This document shows positions 37,707 to 46,833 of a stretch of 64,000 nucleotides of DNA, piece after piece. Within the stretch, counting starts at the first letter, position 1; each line of letters opens with the position of its first letter. Position numbers and translations under genes: made by a program. The stretch is from assembly GCA_002011815.1 (NCBI GenBank), contig MTOV01000002.1, positions 3,246 to 67,245 of the forward strand. Reading direction: 5' to 3'. Source of the stretch: Nitrospirae bacterium JdFR-86 (lineage in GTDB: Bacteria; Nitrospirota; Thermodesulfovibrionia; Thermodesulfovibrionales; JdFR-86). The notes beneath the pieces were generated by a model. That model did not search any database. It saw only the letters and a list, made by a program, of their open reading frames with translations, and was not told where the DNA came from.

Positions 37707-40322
37707 ATGGTTCAGGTATTTTTAAGAAAAATCTTTGGGACAAAAAATGAAAGGGAACTAAAAAGACTCTGGCCCGTTGTTGAGAAGATAAATTCACTTG
37801 AGTCTAAGGTAGCAGGTCTTTCTGACAACGCACTGAGGGACAAAACCGAGGAGTTCAAAAGAAGGCTTGAAGCAGGAGAAACACTCGATGAACTCCTTCC
37901 CGAGGCATTTGCCGTTGTAAGAGAGGTTGCAAAAAGGGTTCTCGGAATGAGGCACTTTGACGTCCAGATACTGGGCGGAATCGTGCTTCATGAAGGAAAG
38001 ATTGCCGAGATGAAGACCGGCGAAGGAAAGACCCTGGTCGCCACCCTTCCTGTTTACCTCAATGCACTTGAAGGCAAAGGCGTTCATGTAGTTACTGTAA
38101 ACGATTATCTTGCAAAGAGAGATGCGCATTGGATGGGTCCTATTTATAACTTCCTGGGGCTTAGTGTCGGTGTTGTTGTGCACGGTTTAAGTGATGAACA
38201 GAGACAAAAAGCCTACGCTTCAGACGTCACCTATGGCACAAACAATGAGTTCGGATTCGACTACCTGAGAGACAACATGAAATATGACATTTCCCAGTAT
38301 GTGCAGCGGGAACTCAATTACGCAATAGTTGACGAAGTAGACAGCATACTGATAGACGAGGCAAGGACTCCACTTATAATCTCAGGACCTTCGGAAGACT
38401 CAACAGACAAATACTACAAGATAAACCGCATTGTGCCCAAACTCAAAAAGGACATTGACTTCACTGTTGATGAAAAGACCAAAACAGTCGTGCTCACCGA
38501 AGAAGGCAATACAAAGGTGGAAAAACTTTTAGGGACAGGCAATCTATACGATCCTGACAACATAGAGCTTGTGCATCATGTGCTTCAGGCGCTAAGGGCT
38601 CATCATCTTTTCAAAAGGGACGTGGACTATGTTGTAAAAGACGGCGAGGTCATTATAGTAGATGAATTTACAGGAAGACTCATGCCTGGCAGAAGATGGT
38701 CGGATGGGCTTCATCAGGCGATAGAGGCAAAAGAAGGCGTAAAGATAGAAAGCGAAAACCAGACACTTGCAACCATAACATTCCAGAACTACTTCAGGAT
38801 GTATAAAAAGCTTGCCGGTATGACAGGCACTGCAGACACAGAGGCAGAGGAGTTTGCAAAGATATACAATCTTGATGTAGTAGTCGTTCCCACTCACATG
38901 CCGATGATAAGGAAAGACCTTCCTGATGTCATATATAAGACGGAAAAAGGCAAGTTCAACGCCTTAATTAAAGAAATAGAGGAGCTTCATAAAAAAGGTC
39001 AGCCTGTACTGGTTGGCACCATATCCATAGAGAAATCAGAAATCTTAAGTCAGATGCTCAAAAAGAGAGGCATACCGCACTCTGTGCTGAATGCAAAATA
39101 TCATGAGAAAGAGGCTGAGATTATTGCACAGGCAGGCAGAAGCGGCGCAGTAACCATAGCGACCAATATGGCTGGAAGAGGCACCGACATCGTGCTCGGC
39201 GGCAACCCGGAGGGGCTTGCACGTGAATTCCTGAAAAACAAGAAAAACCCATCAGAAGAGGAAATAAAACAGGCACTTGAGAAAGCCAAAGAAATATGTG
39301 CCAAAGACAGGGAAAAGGTTGTAAAAGCCGGCGGACTGTTTATCATCGGCACAGAAAGACATGAATCCCGGAGAATAGACAACCAGCTCAGAGGCCGCTC
39401 CGGAAGACAGGGAGACCCTGGTGCATCAAGATTCTATCTGTCTCTGGAAGACGACCTGATGAGAATATTCGGCTCAGACAGAATAGCCGGTCTTATGAAC
39501 AAACTCGGCATGGAAGAAGACGTGCCTATCGAAAACAAAATGATTACAAAAGCCGTTGAAAACGCCCAGAAACGTGTTGAAGCACATAACTTCGATATAA
39601 GAAAACACCTCCTCGAATACGACGACGTGATGAACAAACAGAGAATGGAAATCTATGCCTTCAGACGTGAAATCCTGCAAGGTAAAGACCTGAAAGAACG
39701 AATCTATGGAATGGTTGAAGACACGGTTGACGAACTCCTGTATATATACTGCCCTGAGGAAAAACACAGCGAAGAATGGAACATAAAGGGACTTAAAGAC
39801 GCTGTATACGGCATATTCTCTGTCTCGCTGGATTCCCTGCCTACAGATACCGGTCCCCTGAGAGAGTTTCTCATTTCAGAGATAAAGGCGTTTTATGAGG
39901 CAAAGGAGAAGGAAATCGGAAGCGACATGATGCGCTACCTCGAAAAGATAATAATGCTTCAGGTGGTTGACTCGCAGTGGAAAGACCATCTCCTTGCAAT
40001 GGACCATCTCAAAGAGGGCATCGGGCTGAGAGGTTACGGACAAAGAGACCCGCTTACAGAATACAAAAAAGAAGCATTTGACATATTTGCAGACATGACA
40101 GACAGAATAGCCACAGAGACCCTCACAAGACTGTTCAAGATTCAGGTAAGACAGCCGGAGGAAATAAAAAGGACATCAAAAAGACTGAAACTCAGCTACA
40201 ATAGAGGTGAAGGAGGCGAAGTACAACAGCCAGTCACCAGAGGTAAAAAAATCGGAAGGAATGAGCCATGCCCATGCGGAAGCGGCAAGAAATACAAAAA
40301 ATGCTGTGGAGTAAATGCCTAA
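37707..40322 (+). CDS. secA: preprotein translocase ATPase SecA
   Basis: 871 aa. Motifs include [27 protein letters not shown] and [25 protein letters not shown]. The C-terminal zinc motif is [14 protein letters not shown]. Confidence 0.95.
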   Translation: MVQVFLRKIFGTKNERELKRLWPVVEKINSLESKVAGLSDNALRDKTEEFKRRLEAGETLDELLPEAFAVVREVAKRVLGMRHFDVQILGGIVLHEGKIAEMKTGEGKTLVATLPVYLNALEGKGVHVVTVNDYLAKRDAHWMGPIYNFLGLSVGVVVHGLSDEQRQKAYASDVTYGTNNEFGFDYLRDNMKYDISQYVQRELNYAIVDEVDSILIDEARTPLIISGPSEDSTDKYYKINRIVPKLKKDIDFTVDEKTKTVVLTEEGNTKVEKLLGTGNLYDPDNIELVHHVLQALRAHHLFKRDVDYVVKDGEVIIVDEFTGRLMPGRRWSDGLHQAIEAKEGVKIESENQTLATITFQNYFRMYKKLAGMTGTADTEAEEFAKIYNLDVVVVPTHMPMIRKDLPDVIYKTEKGKFNALIKEIEELHKKGQPVLVGTISIEKSEILSQMLKKRGIPHSVLNAKYHEKEAEIIAQAGRSGAVTIATNMAGRGTDIVLGGNPEGLAREFLKNKKNPSEEEIKQALEKAKEICAKDREKVVKAGGLFIIGTERHESRRIDNQLRGRSGRQGDPGASRFYLSLEDDLMRIFGSDRIAGLMNKLGMEEDVPIENKMITKAVENAQKRVEAHNFDIRKHLLEYDDVMNKQRMEIYAFRREILQGKDLKERIYGMVEDTVDELLYIYCPEEKHSEEWNIKGLKDAVYGIFSVSLDSLPTDTGPLREFLISEIKAFYEAKEKEIGSDMMRYLEKIIMLQVVDSQWKDHLLAMDHLKEGIGLRGYGQRDPLTEYKKEAFDIFADMTDRIATETLTRLFKIQVRQPEEIKRTSKRLKLSYNRGEGGEVQQPVTRGKKIGRNEPCPCGSGKKYKKCCGVNA

Positions 40323-41694
40323 CATATTTCTCATAGGCAGCCGTGTAACAGGTTATGCTGACACACTTTCCTCAAAAGGATATAAAGTTCAGTGTTTTGA
40401 ATCAACTCCAAAGGCAATACAGAAACTAAACGATGCAAACCTTATAGTAATAGACAAGGACCACAAGGAATCACTGAAGGAACTCACAAAGGCGGCAAAG
40501 CGAATTCCAAAACTCATCATATCCTCCAGTACTTCCTCAACAAAGCTCAGCCCTTGGCTTAAAGAGCCATTTTCATACCCTCTGCACGAGCCTTCAAAGA
40601 GAGAACTTCTTAGCTTCATTGCCCGCATCCTCAAAGAGATGCAGGTATACAAGGAAAAAGAAAACCTAAAGAAGACCACTAGTCTTCTGAAAAAAGAGAT
40701 TGGGTTCTTTGAAGAAATAAACAAGATGCTTACCTCTTCACGGGACATCAATGAGATACTTGCTGCTGTAATGAAAAGAGTAAAGGCGATGACGCAGGCA
40801 GAGGCATGGTCAATACTCATCTTGGATGAAAACACCGGAGAACTTATATTTGAGAAGACTGAGGGGAAAGTAAAAAAGAAAGTAAAGAACCTCAAGTTAA
40901 AGCCCGGCGAGGGTATAGCAGGATGGGTTGCAAAGGAAGGGATTCCTGTTGTTGTTCCTGATGTATCCAAGGACAAAAGGTTCTCCAAAAAAATAGACAG
41001 GTATGCACACTTCGATACAAAATCCATCATGTGTGCGCCAATCATAAGCAAGGATAAGATTATCGGGGTATTGGAGGTAATAAATAAAAGAACAGGCGAA
41101 AGTTTTACAGAAGAAGACCTCAAACTGCTGACAAGGCTCGTAGACCAGGCGGCACTGGCTATTGAATGGCTGATGCTTTATCAGAAAATGGAAGAACTTG
41201 TGATTACAGACGACCTTACGAACCTGTTTAATTCGAGATATCTCAACAGAACCATAGAAACCGAGATACTCAGGTGCAACCGTTACAATACATCGCTGTC
41301 AGTGATATTCCTTGACCTGGATTATTTCAAGGAGATAAACGACACTTACGGACACCTTGTAGGCAGCAAGGCTCTGGTTGAGGTAGGACATCTGCTGATA
41401 AATCAGCTGCGCAGTGTGGATATTGTCGCCAGATACGGCGGGGATGAATTCGTTATCGTGCTGCCTCAGACCTCTCCAAACAATGCCGTAATGATTGCAG
41501 AAAGAATAAGAAAGAACATCGAACAGAATCTATTCCTTCAAAAGGAAGGATACAATATCAGGATGACCGCCAGTTTGGGGGTCGCCTCCTACCCGGAAAC
41601 TGCAAAGTCCAAGGAAGAACTGCTCAGGCTTGCAGATGAAGCCATGTACAATGTTAAACACCGTACCAGAAACGGCGTATATGCTATAATTTGA
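40315..41694 (+). CDS. diguanylate cyclase: degenerate receiver-like N-terminus, GAF, GGDEF with RxxD I-site
   Basis: 459 aa. [14 protein letters not shown] contains the I-site RxxD five residues before GGDEF. The GAF region is [17 protein letters not shown]. The gene overlaps the secA stop by 8 nt. Confidence 0.85.
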   Translation: MPNIFLIGSRVTGYADTLSSKGYKVQCFESTPKAIQKLNDANLIVIDKDHKESLKELTKAAKRIPKLIISSSTSSTKLSPWLKEPFSYPLHEPSKRELLSFIARILKEMQVYKEKENLKKTTSLLKKEIGFFEEINKMLTSSRDINEILAAVMKRVKAMTQAEAWSILILDENTGELIFEKTEGKVKKKVKNLKLKPGEGIAGWVAKEGIPVVVPDVSKDKRFSKKIDRYAHFDTKSIMCAPIISKDKIIGVLEVINKRTGESFTEEDLKLLTRLVDQAALAIEWLMLYQKMEELVITDDLTNLFNSRYLNRTIETEILRCNRYNTSLSVIFLDLDYFKEINDTYGHLVGSKALVEVGHLLINQLRSVDIVARYGGDEFVIVLPQTSPNNAVMIAERIRKNIEQNLFLQKEGYNIRMTASLGVASYPETAKSKEELLRLADEAMYNVKHRTRNGVYAII

Positions 41695-41695
41695 C

Positions 41696-42904
41696 ATGGC
41701 TCTCTTCAACTACGCGACCAAGGAAATAACCCTGAAGGTTGTATACTATGGTCCAGGACTGAGCGGTAAAACAACAAACCTCCAGTACCTCCATTCAACC
41801 ATGAATCCAGAAAGAAGAGGCAAACTCCTTTCTCTCTCTACAGAGGCAGACAGAACACTATTCTTTGACTTTCTGCCGATTGATATCGGAAAAATAAAAG
41901 ACTTCTCCATAAGGTTTCAGCTCTATACTGTGCCCGGACAGGTAAGGTATAACGCAACGAGAAAACTCGTACTGAAAGGCGCTGACGCAGTGGTATTTGT
42001 TGCAGACTCGCAAAGGGAAATGAGGGAGCAGAACATAGAAAGCTTCCAGAACATGAAAGAAAACCTCATAGCAAACAACATAGACCCTGACGATATTCCC
42101 ATCGTCCTTCAATACAATAAAAGAGACCTGAGCAACATACTCTCTGTGGAAGAACTGAACAGTGACCTAAACACCGGCTACTACCAGTTCGTATGTGCAG
42201 AAGCAGTAAACGGCAAAGGCGTAAACGAGACATTCCAGTTGATAACAAAACTCATGCTCGAACACATCTCCAAAAAACACAGAGTGGATATAGTGCCCCT
42301 CAGGGAAGAAGAAAAGCCTCCTGAGGAAGAATACATACTCGAAAGACCCGGGGTAGAAGAAGAGGTAATAAAAATCTCAGTGCCGGAAAAAGAAGAGCTG
42401 CTTGAAGAGGAAGAAGCAATACCTCCAGTCGAAGAAAAAGCAGAAGCCGTAGAGGAGCCACTGAAAGAAGAACGTGTAGAAATAACAGAGTTCGAAAAGG
42501 CAGCCATCACTGAAGAGGTCTTGGAGGAAGAAATACCCGAAGCCGAAAAACCAAAACCAGAAGCCTTAGAAAAAGAAGTCGCTTATGACATCGAAAAAAT
42601 AGAGACGCTTCTCAATAATCTTACAGAAATCTCTCATGACGTACACAGTGCTGTCTCTGACATCTTACTGGACTTCAAAGACATCAGAGAAGACATAAAA
42701 AGCTCAAGAGTGGAAGCGATGCTTGAGAATCTTGCATCAGTCTCTGACTCTATGAAAGCCACTGTCTCTGAACTTCTAAAGGAGGTTAAAGAATCAAAGA
42801 GGCAGCAGGATGAGATATTAAAACTTCTCAGAAACATAGACCGAATAATTGCCCAGGCATCAGAAGAGAAGAAAGGCCTATTTCGCCGTTTATTCGGCAA
42901 ATAA
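41696..42904 (+). CDS. MglA-family small GTPase with a C-terminal acidic/coiled-coil extension of about 205 aa
   Basis: Residues 1-195 are collinear with Myxococcus MglA as I recall it (KVVYYGPGLSGKTTNLQY, LYTVPGQVRY, VFVADSQ, QYNKRDL). After that comes an E/P/K-rich tract and a helical tail. Confidence 0.75.
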   Translation: MALFNYATKEITLKVVYYGPGLSGKTTNLQYLHSTMNPERRGKLLSLSTEADRTLFFDFLPIDIGKIKDFSIRFQLYTVPGQVRYNATRKLVLKGADAVVFVADSQREMREQNIESFQNMKENLIANNIDPDDIPIVLQYNKRDLSNILSVEELNSDLNTGYYQFVCAEAVNGKGVNETFQLITKLMLEHISKKHRVDIVPLREEEKPPEEEYILERPGVEEEVIKISVPEKEELLEEEEAIPPVEEKAEAVEEPLKEERVEITEFEKAAITEEVLEEEIPEAEKPKPEALEKEVAYDIEKIETLLNNLTEISHDVHSAVSDILLDFKDIREDIKSSRVEAMLENLASVSDSMKATVSELLKEVKESKRQQDEILKLLRNIDRIIAQASEEKKGLFRRLFGK

Positions 42905-42930
42905 TGCATGGTGTACTGGGACTACCGGAG

Positions 42931-43749
42931 TCAATTCTGTCTGTATTCGTGCAGGCACAATTCTCTTGAAGCGGCATCCACAAGGGATTCATCTATTATT
43001 TTTCGTCCTTCTCCAAACCCTTCAAGCAGGGCTGCTGTAGCCAGACTGTTTATCACTCTGGGCACTCCGCCTGAATATCTGTAAATGGATTTAATTGCAC
43101 CGTCGGTAAAAAGGGCGTCCTGTCTGCCGGCTACCGAGAGTCTGTGCTCTATGTAGCCTTTTATTTCTTCTTCAGACAGTGCTCCGATATGGTAAAAAAG
43201 CCCTATTCTCTGCCTTAGCGGCTGGTAGACTTTATGGCCCATCCTTCTTCTCAGATCAGTCTGCCCTACAAGGATAAGGCTAAGGAGATTTGTGTCATCG
43301 AGCTGGAAATTCGTAAGAAGCCTTATTTCCTCGAATGTCTCTTTCCTGGGGATAAGCTGTGCTTCGTCTATGATTATGACAGGTGTAATGCCGGCCTCGT
43401 AGTCTTCATAAACCTTTTCGTGTATGGCATCAAGAAGGCTGTCTTTGATGTTCCGCTGTATGTCTATTTCAAAGCGTTTTGCCACCACTCTGAGAAACTG
43501 TGCAGGAGTCAATCTGGGATTAAGTATAAGTATTATTCTGTATTTTTCGTTAAGGGAATCCATGAGGGCTCTTGTGAGTGTAGTCTTTCCGCAGCCGACG
43601 TCTCCGGTAAGCATTACGATTTCTTTTTCCTCAACTGCATACTGGAGCCTTGCCAGTGCTTCCTCGTGAGCCCTGCTGAGATAAAGGAAGGTCGGGTCTG
43701 GTGTCTTACTGAAAGGTTTTGTTTTTAATCCGTAGAACTCCTCATACAT
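42931..43749 (-). CDS. ExeA/GspA/MshM-like AAA ATPase
   Basis: 272 aa. The N-terminus FYGLKTKPFSKTPDPTFLY, Walker A GDVGCGKTT and Walker B VIIIDEAQ are present. The start overlaps the cheA stop by 8 nt. Confidence 0.75.
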   Translation of the reverse strand: MYEEFYGLKTKPFSKTPDPTFLYLSRAHEEALARLQYAVEEKEIVMLTGDVGCGKTTLTRALMDSLNEKYRIILILNPRLTPAQFLRVVAKRFEIDIQRNIKDSLLDAIHEKVYEDYEAGITPVIIIDEAQLIPRKETFEEIRLLTNFQLDDTNLLSLILVGQTDLRRRMGHKVYQPLRQRIGLFYHIGALSEEEIKGYIEHRLSVAGRQDALFTDGAIKSIYRYSGGVPRVINSLATAALLEGFGEGRKIIDESLVDAASRELCLHEYRQN

Positions 43750-45766
43750 GCACTGACCCTTTTCTCATCAATGTTCCTTCTATAATGGATTCCACATCAA
43801 GCACAAGGGTAACTTCGTGTTTACCTATCTCGGCTGCACCTGCAAAGTCCCTGATGCCCTTGAAATAATCCCCAAGGGATTTTACAACCACTTCGTGCTG
43901 ACCAACGATGTCATCAACGAGAAGTCCCATTCTTCTTTCACCAAAGCCGACTACTACTATAAAAGCCTTACCTGTAACATTGTCTGTGAGTTTAAATATA
44001 TCTTTCAGGCTTGTTACAGGCAGCATCTCACCTCTTAAGTTATAAACCATTCTGTTTTCTATAGTCTGCATTGCATCTTCCTGCAGGGTCAGAATCTCTG
44101 ATATGGAGGACAAAGGCACTGCAAAGACCTCTTTACCTGCTTTTACCATAAGTGCCTTTATTATAGCGAGCGTTATCGGAAGAGTAAGCGTAACAGTAGT
44201 GCCTATGTCTTTCTCGCTTACTATATCTACAAAGCCCCCGAGGACGGAAAGCCTATCTTTGACTATATCCAGTCCAACACCTCTTCCTGAAACCTCACTT
44301 ACGGTATCCTTTGTGCTGAAGCCCGGTGTAAAGATAAGCTCCAGAAGTTCCTTATCGTGCACTTCCTCATCTGCCTTGATTATGCCTCTTTCCACTGCCT
44401 TCTGTCTTATCTTTTCGGTATTTATTCCACCACCGTCGTCTTTTACTTCTATAACGACATGGTTACCCCATTGTGATGCCCTTAATGTAACTGTTCCTTC
44501 CTCTTTCTTGCCCTTGGCTTTTCTTTCTTCGGCAGGCTCTATACCGTGGTCTATGGCGTTACGCACGATATGCACAAGAGGGTCTATCACCTCTTCTGCA
44601 ATATATTTGTCTATCTCTGTATCCTCTCCGAACATTTCAAAATTAATCTTTTTGCCGACATCCCTTGAATGTCTTCTGATTACCTGTGCGAGTCTTCCAA
44701 ATATCTGTCCGATGGGCACCATTCTTATTTCAAGCACCTGTTCCTGAAGTTCCGCAAGTTTTCTTTGCAGTGTCTGAGTTATCTTATACATGTCTATAAC
44801 AAGAGGGGTATGTCCGTATGCCTCAGCCATCTCAGTCCAGATTCTTTTAACCGCACCCCTTGCAAGTGTAAGTTCGGCAATAGTACTAAGGACTCTATCG
44901 AGTTTTTCTATATCAACCCTTACTGTTGTAGTCGTTGTCTTTAAGGAAGGCTCTGCCAGCTGAGGGGGTCTTTCCGGTGGTTTGCCCGGGACAGGTTTTG
45001 GCTCAACAGCAGGTTTCGGCTCAACAGCAGGCTTTGGTTCAACAGCAGATTTTGGCTCAACGAGTGTATGAATCTCGAACTTCAGTGTTTCTTCAAGCTC
45101 TTTTAGAGGGTGAGAGCTGCCGAACATCAGATTGAAGCCTATGGAATCTTCAGGCAGTGCCTCAGAAACAGGCATTGTGGAAAGGAGTTCGCCGATGGAT
45201 TTTATCTTCCCCCTTACCTCCTCAAGCATCTTATCGAATTCGGTAAAAGGGAAAACAGCTTTTAAAATATATATACCTTTTCCTTCCTTCAGGTTGGTTT
45301 TCAGCCGGTGTTCTTCATACTCTGACAGAACCTTTAAAATTGACTCATCAATGACTCCTTCAAGACTTTGGGCTTCGCCTGCCTTGCTGATGGACTCTCT
45401 AAAGGCCTGTATTTCAGCCAGATAACCTGACACATCTGTCTGCCTTTTCTCTTTCACACCGTCAACGAGATATCTCAGCAAATCGATGTTTTTAAACAGA
45501 AAGCTTATGACATCGTCAGAGACAGCAATTTTGCCGAGGCGGATTTCATCAAGAAGGGACTCCACTGCATGGCTGAGGTCTGTTATACCCTGATGCCCGA
45601 AAAGTCCTGCAGTGCCTTTCAGGGTGTGTATGGCACGAAAGAGTGCGTTTAAAGAGTCAGGGTCTACGCCTTCTTTATATGTATCCTGGATTACAAGCAG
45701 CAGGCTTCCAGCTTCTTCAAGGATTTCTTCGGCTTCTGCGACAAACTCTTTCTCGGAAGATTTCAT
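43742..45766 (-). CDS. cheA: chemotaxis histidine kinase CheA
   Basis: 674 aa. It has the Hpt motif HTLKGTAGLFG, a dimerisation region, an H-ATPase domain (NAIDHGIE, DDGGGI, GRGVGLD) and a CheW-like C-terminus. Confidence 0.9.
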   Translation of the reverse strand: MKSSEKEFVAEAEEILEEAGSLLLVIQDTYKEGVDPDSLNALFRAIHTLKGTAGLFGHQGITDLSHAVESLLDEIRLGKIAVSDDVISFLFKNIDLLRYLVDGVKEKRQTDVSGYLAEIQAFRESISKAGEAQSLEGVIDESILKVLSEYEEHRLKTNLKEGKGIYILKAVFPFTEFDKMLEEVRGKIKSIGELLSTMPVSEALPEDSIGFNLMFGSSHPLKELEETLKFEIHTLVEPKSAVEPKPAVEPKPAVEPKPVPGKPPERPPQLAEPSLKTTTTTVRVDIEKLDRVLSTIAELTLARGAVKRIWTEMAEAYGHTPLVIDMYKITQTLQRKLAELQEQVLEIRMVPIGQIFGRLAQVIRRHSRDVGKKINFEMFGEDTEIDKYIAEEVIDPLVHIVRNAIDHGIEPAEERKAKGKKEEGTVTLRASQWGNHVVIEVKDDGGGINTEKIRQKAVERGIIKADEEVHDKELLELIFTPGFSTKDTVSEVSGRGVGLDIVKDRLSVLGGFVDIVSEKDIGTTVTLTLPITLAIIKALMVKAGKEVFAVPLSSISEILTLQEDAMQTIENRMVYNLRGEMLPVTSLKDIFKLTDNVTGKAFIVVVGFGERRMGLLVDDIVGQHEVVVKSLGDYFKGIRDFAGAAEIGKHEVTLVLDVESIIEGTLMRKGSVHV
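44994..45061. repeat. 18-bp tandem repeat x3.8 inside cheA (encodes the VEPKPA linker repeats)
   Basis: The units are ggttttggctcaacagca / ggtttcggctcaacagca / ggctttggttcaacagca / gattttggctcaac. They translate as KPAVEPKPAVEPKPAVEPKP. Confidence 0.9.
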
Positions 45767-46131
45767 AACTTAAGCAGGCTGCTTATTGTCTTTTGCAACT
45801 CTTCTGGTTGAAAAGGTTTTGTGATATATCCGTCTGCGCCAAGTGTCATGCCCCTTTTCTTGTCTTCTTCGCTTTTCTCAGTAGTGACTATAAGCATGGG
45901 GATGTGGCTGTAGCGGGGGTCTTTCTTTACAAAATTTATAAGCTCCAAACCATTTATATCAGGCATATTTATGTCTGTTATTATTAAGTCAAACTTATAG
46001 GCAGGAAGTTGTCTCAGCGCTTCAAACCCTGTAGAAGCTTCCACAATCTCGATTTCACCCAGCTCCTCCAAGATTGACCTCATCATGGCTCTGGTCGTTG
46101 AGGAATCCTCAACTATAAGTATATACTTCAT
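45763..46131 (-). CDS. cheY: CheY-like single-domain response regulator
   Basis: 122 aa with ILIVEDS, LIITDINMPDING and ITKPF. An AGGA Shine-Dalgarno is present. The stop overlaps the cheA start by 4 nt. Confidence 0.85.
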   Translation of the reverse strand: MKYILIVEDSSTTRAMMRSILEELGEIEIVEASTGFEALRQLPAYKFDLIITDINMPDINGLELINFVKKDPRYSHIPMLIVTTEKSEEDKKRGMTLGADGYITKPFQPEELQKTISSLLKL

Positions 46132-46154
46132 CCCCCCGTCCTATATACCAATTG

Positions 46155-46182
46155 ATTATAGAACAAGCATCTTAGATTTCAA
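46155..46182 (-). promoter_or_regulatory. near-consensus sigma70-type promoter for cheY-cheA-ATPase operon (TTGAAA-16-TATAAT)
   Basis: On the minus strand the -35 is at 46182..46177 and the -10 at 46160..46155. The -10 ends 23 nt upstream of the cheY ATG. Confidence 0.5.
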
Positions 46183-46408
46183 CTCATTTTAACAGATAAA
46201 ATCAGAAAATGTCATCAAGTCATTCCTGGACAATTTTATTCTTCTTTTCAGGGCGCATCGCAATTCATATTATACGAAGCGGATAAGATCTTGATATATC
46301 AACAAAAATTTAAGTGCTGTTATTTTGTTTTCACAATACTATTGACTTTAGCACCAAAAAGTTTGTAAAACTTAAAATTAAAATTTTCATGATACCTTTA
46401 TTTTTTAG

Positions 46409-46437
46409 TTGACACTTTTATCGTTTATGAGTATATT
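46409..46437 (+). promoter_or_regulatory. consensus-like promoter for the nuo operon (TTGACA-17-TATATT), ending 8 nt before the nuoA GTG
   Basis: Read directly. There is no Shine-Dalgarno before GTG 46446. Confidence 0.45.
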
Positions 46438-46445
46438 ACATCGTC

Positions 46446-46817
46446 GTGCCTGGTGAATATATTCCATCAGAGTATTTACCTGTACTTATTTTTATGCTGA
46501 TCGCCGGGGCGTTCGGTCTCGGGGCGTTAATAGTCGGTTCTATCTTCAGACCCCGGAGACCTTATGCGGAGAAGCTCACCCCTTACGAATCAGGCAACCC
46601 ACCTGTCGGAGAACCCAGATACAGATTTTCCGTAAAGTTCTATATCATAGCAATGCTCTTTGTCATATTCGATGTTGAAGCGGTGTTTTTGTACCCGTGG
46701 GCTGTAGTGTTTGAAAAGATAGGGCTTTACGCCTTTATAGAGATGATAATATTCATAGTTATTCTGTTTGCAGGCTATATTTACGCATGGCGGAAAGACG
46801 CCTTTAAATGGGACTAG
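46446..46817 (+). CDS. nuoA: NADH-quinone oxidoreductase subunit A
   Basis: 123 aa with 3 TM helices and the conserved region KLTPYESG...FDVEAVFLYPWA. The start is GTG, so its position is uncertain. Confidence 0.85.
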   Translation: MPGEYIPSEYLPVLIFMLIAGAFGLGALIVGSIFRPRRPYAEKLTPYESGNPPVGEPRYRFSVKFYIIAMLFVIFDVEAVFLYPWAVVFEKIGLYAFIEMIIFIVILFAGYIYAWRKDAFKWD

Positions 46818-46833
46818 AAGGAGGTGATGGCAG

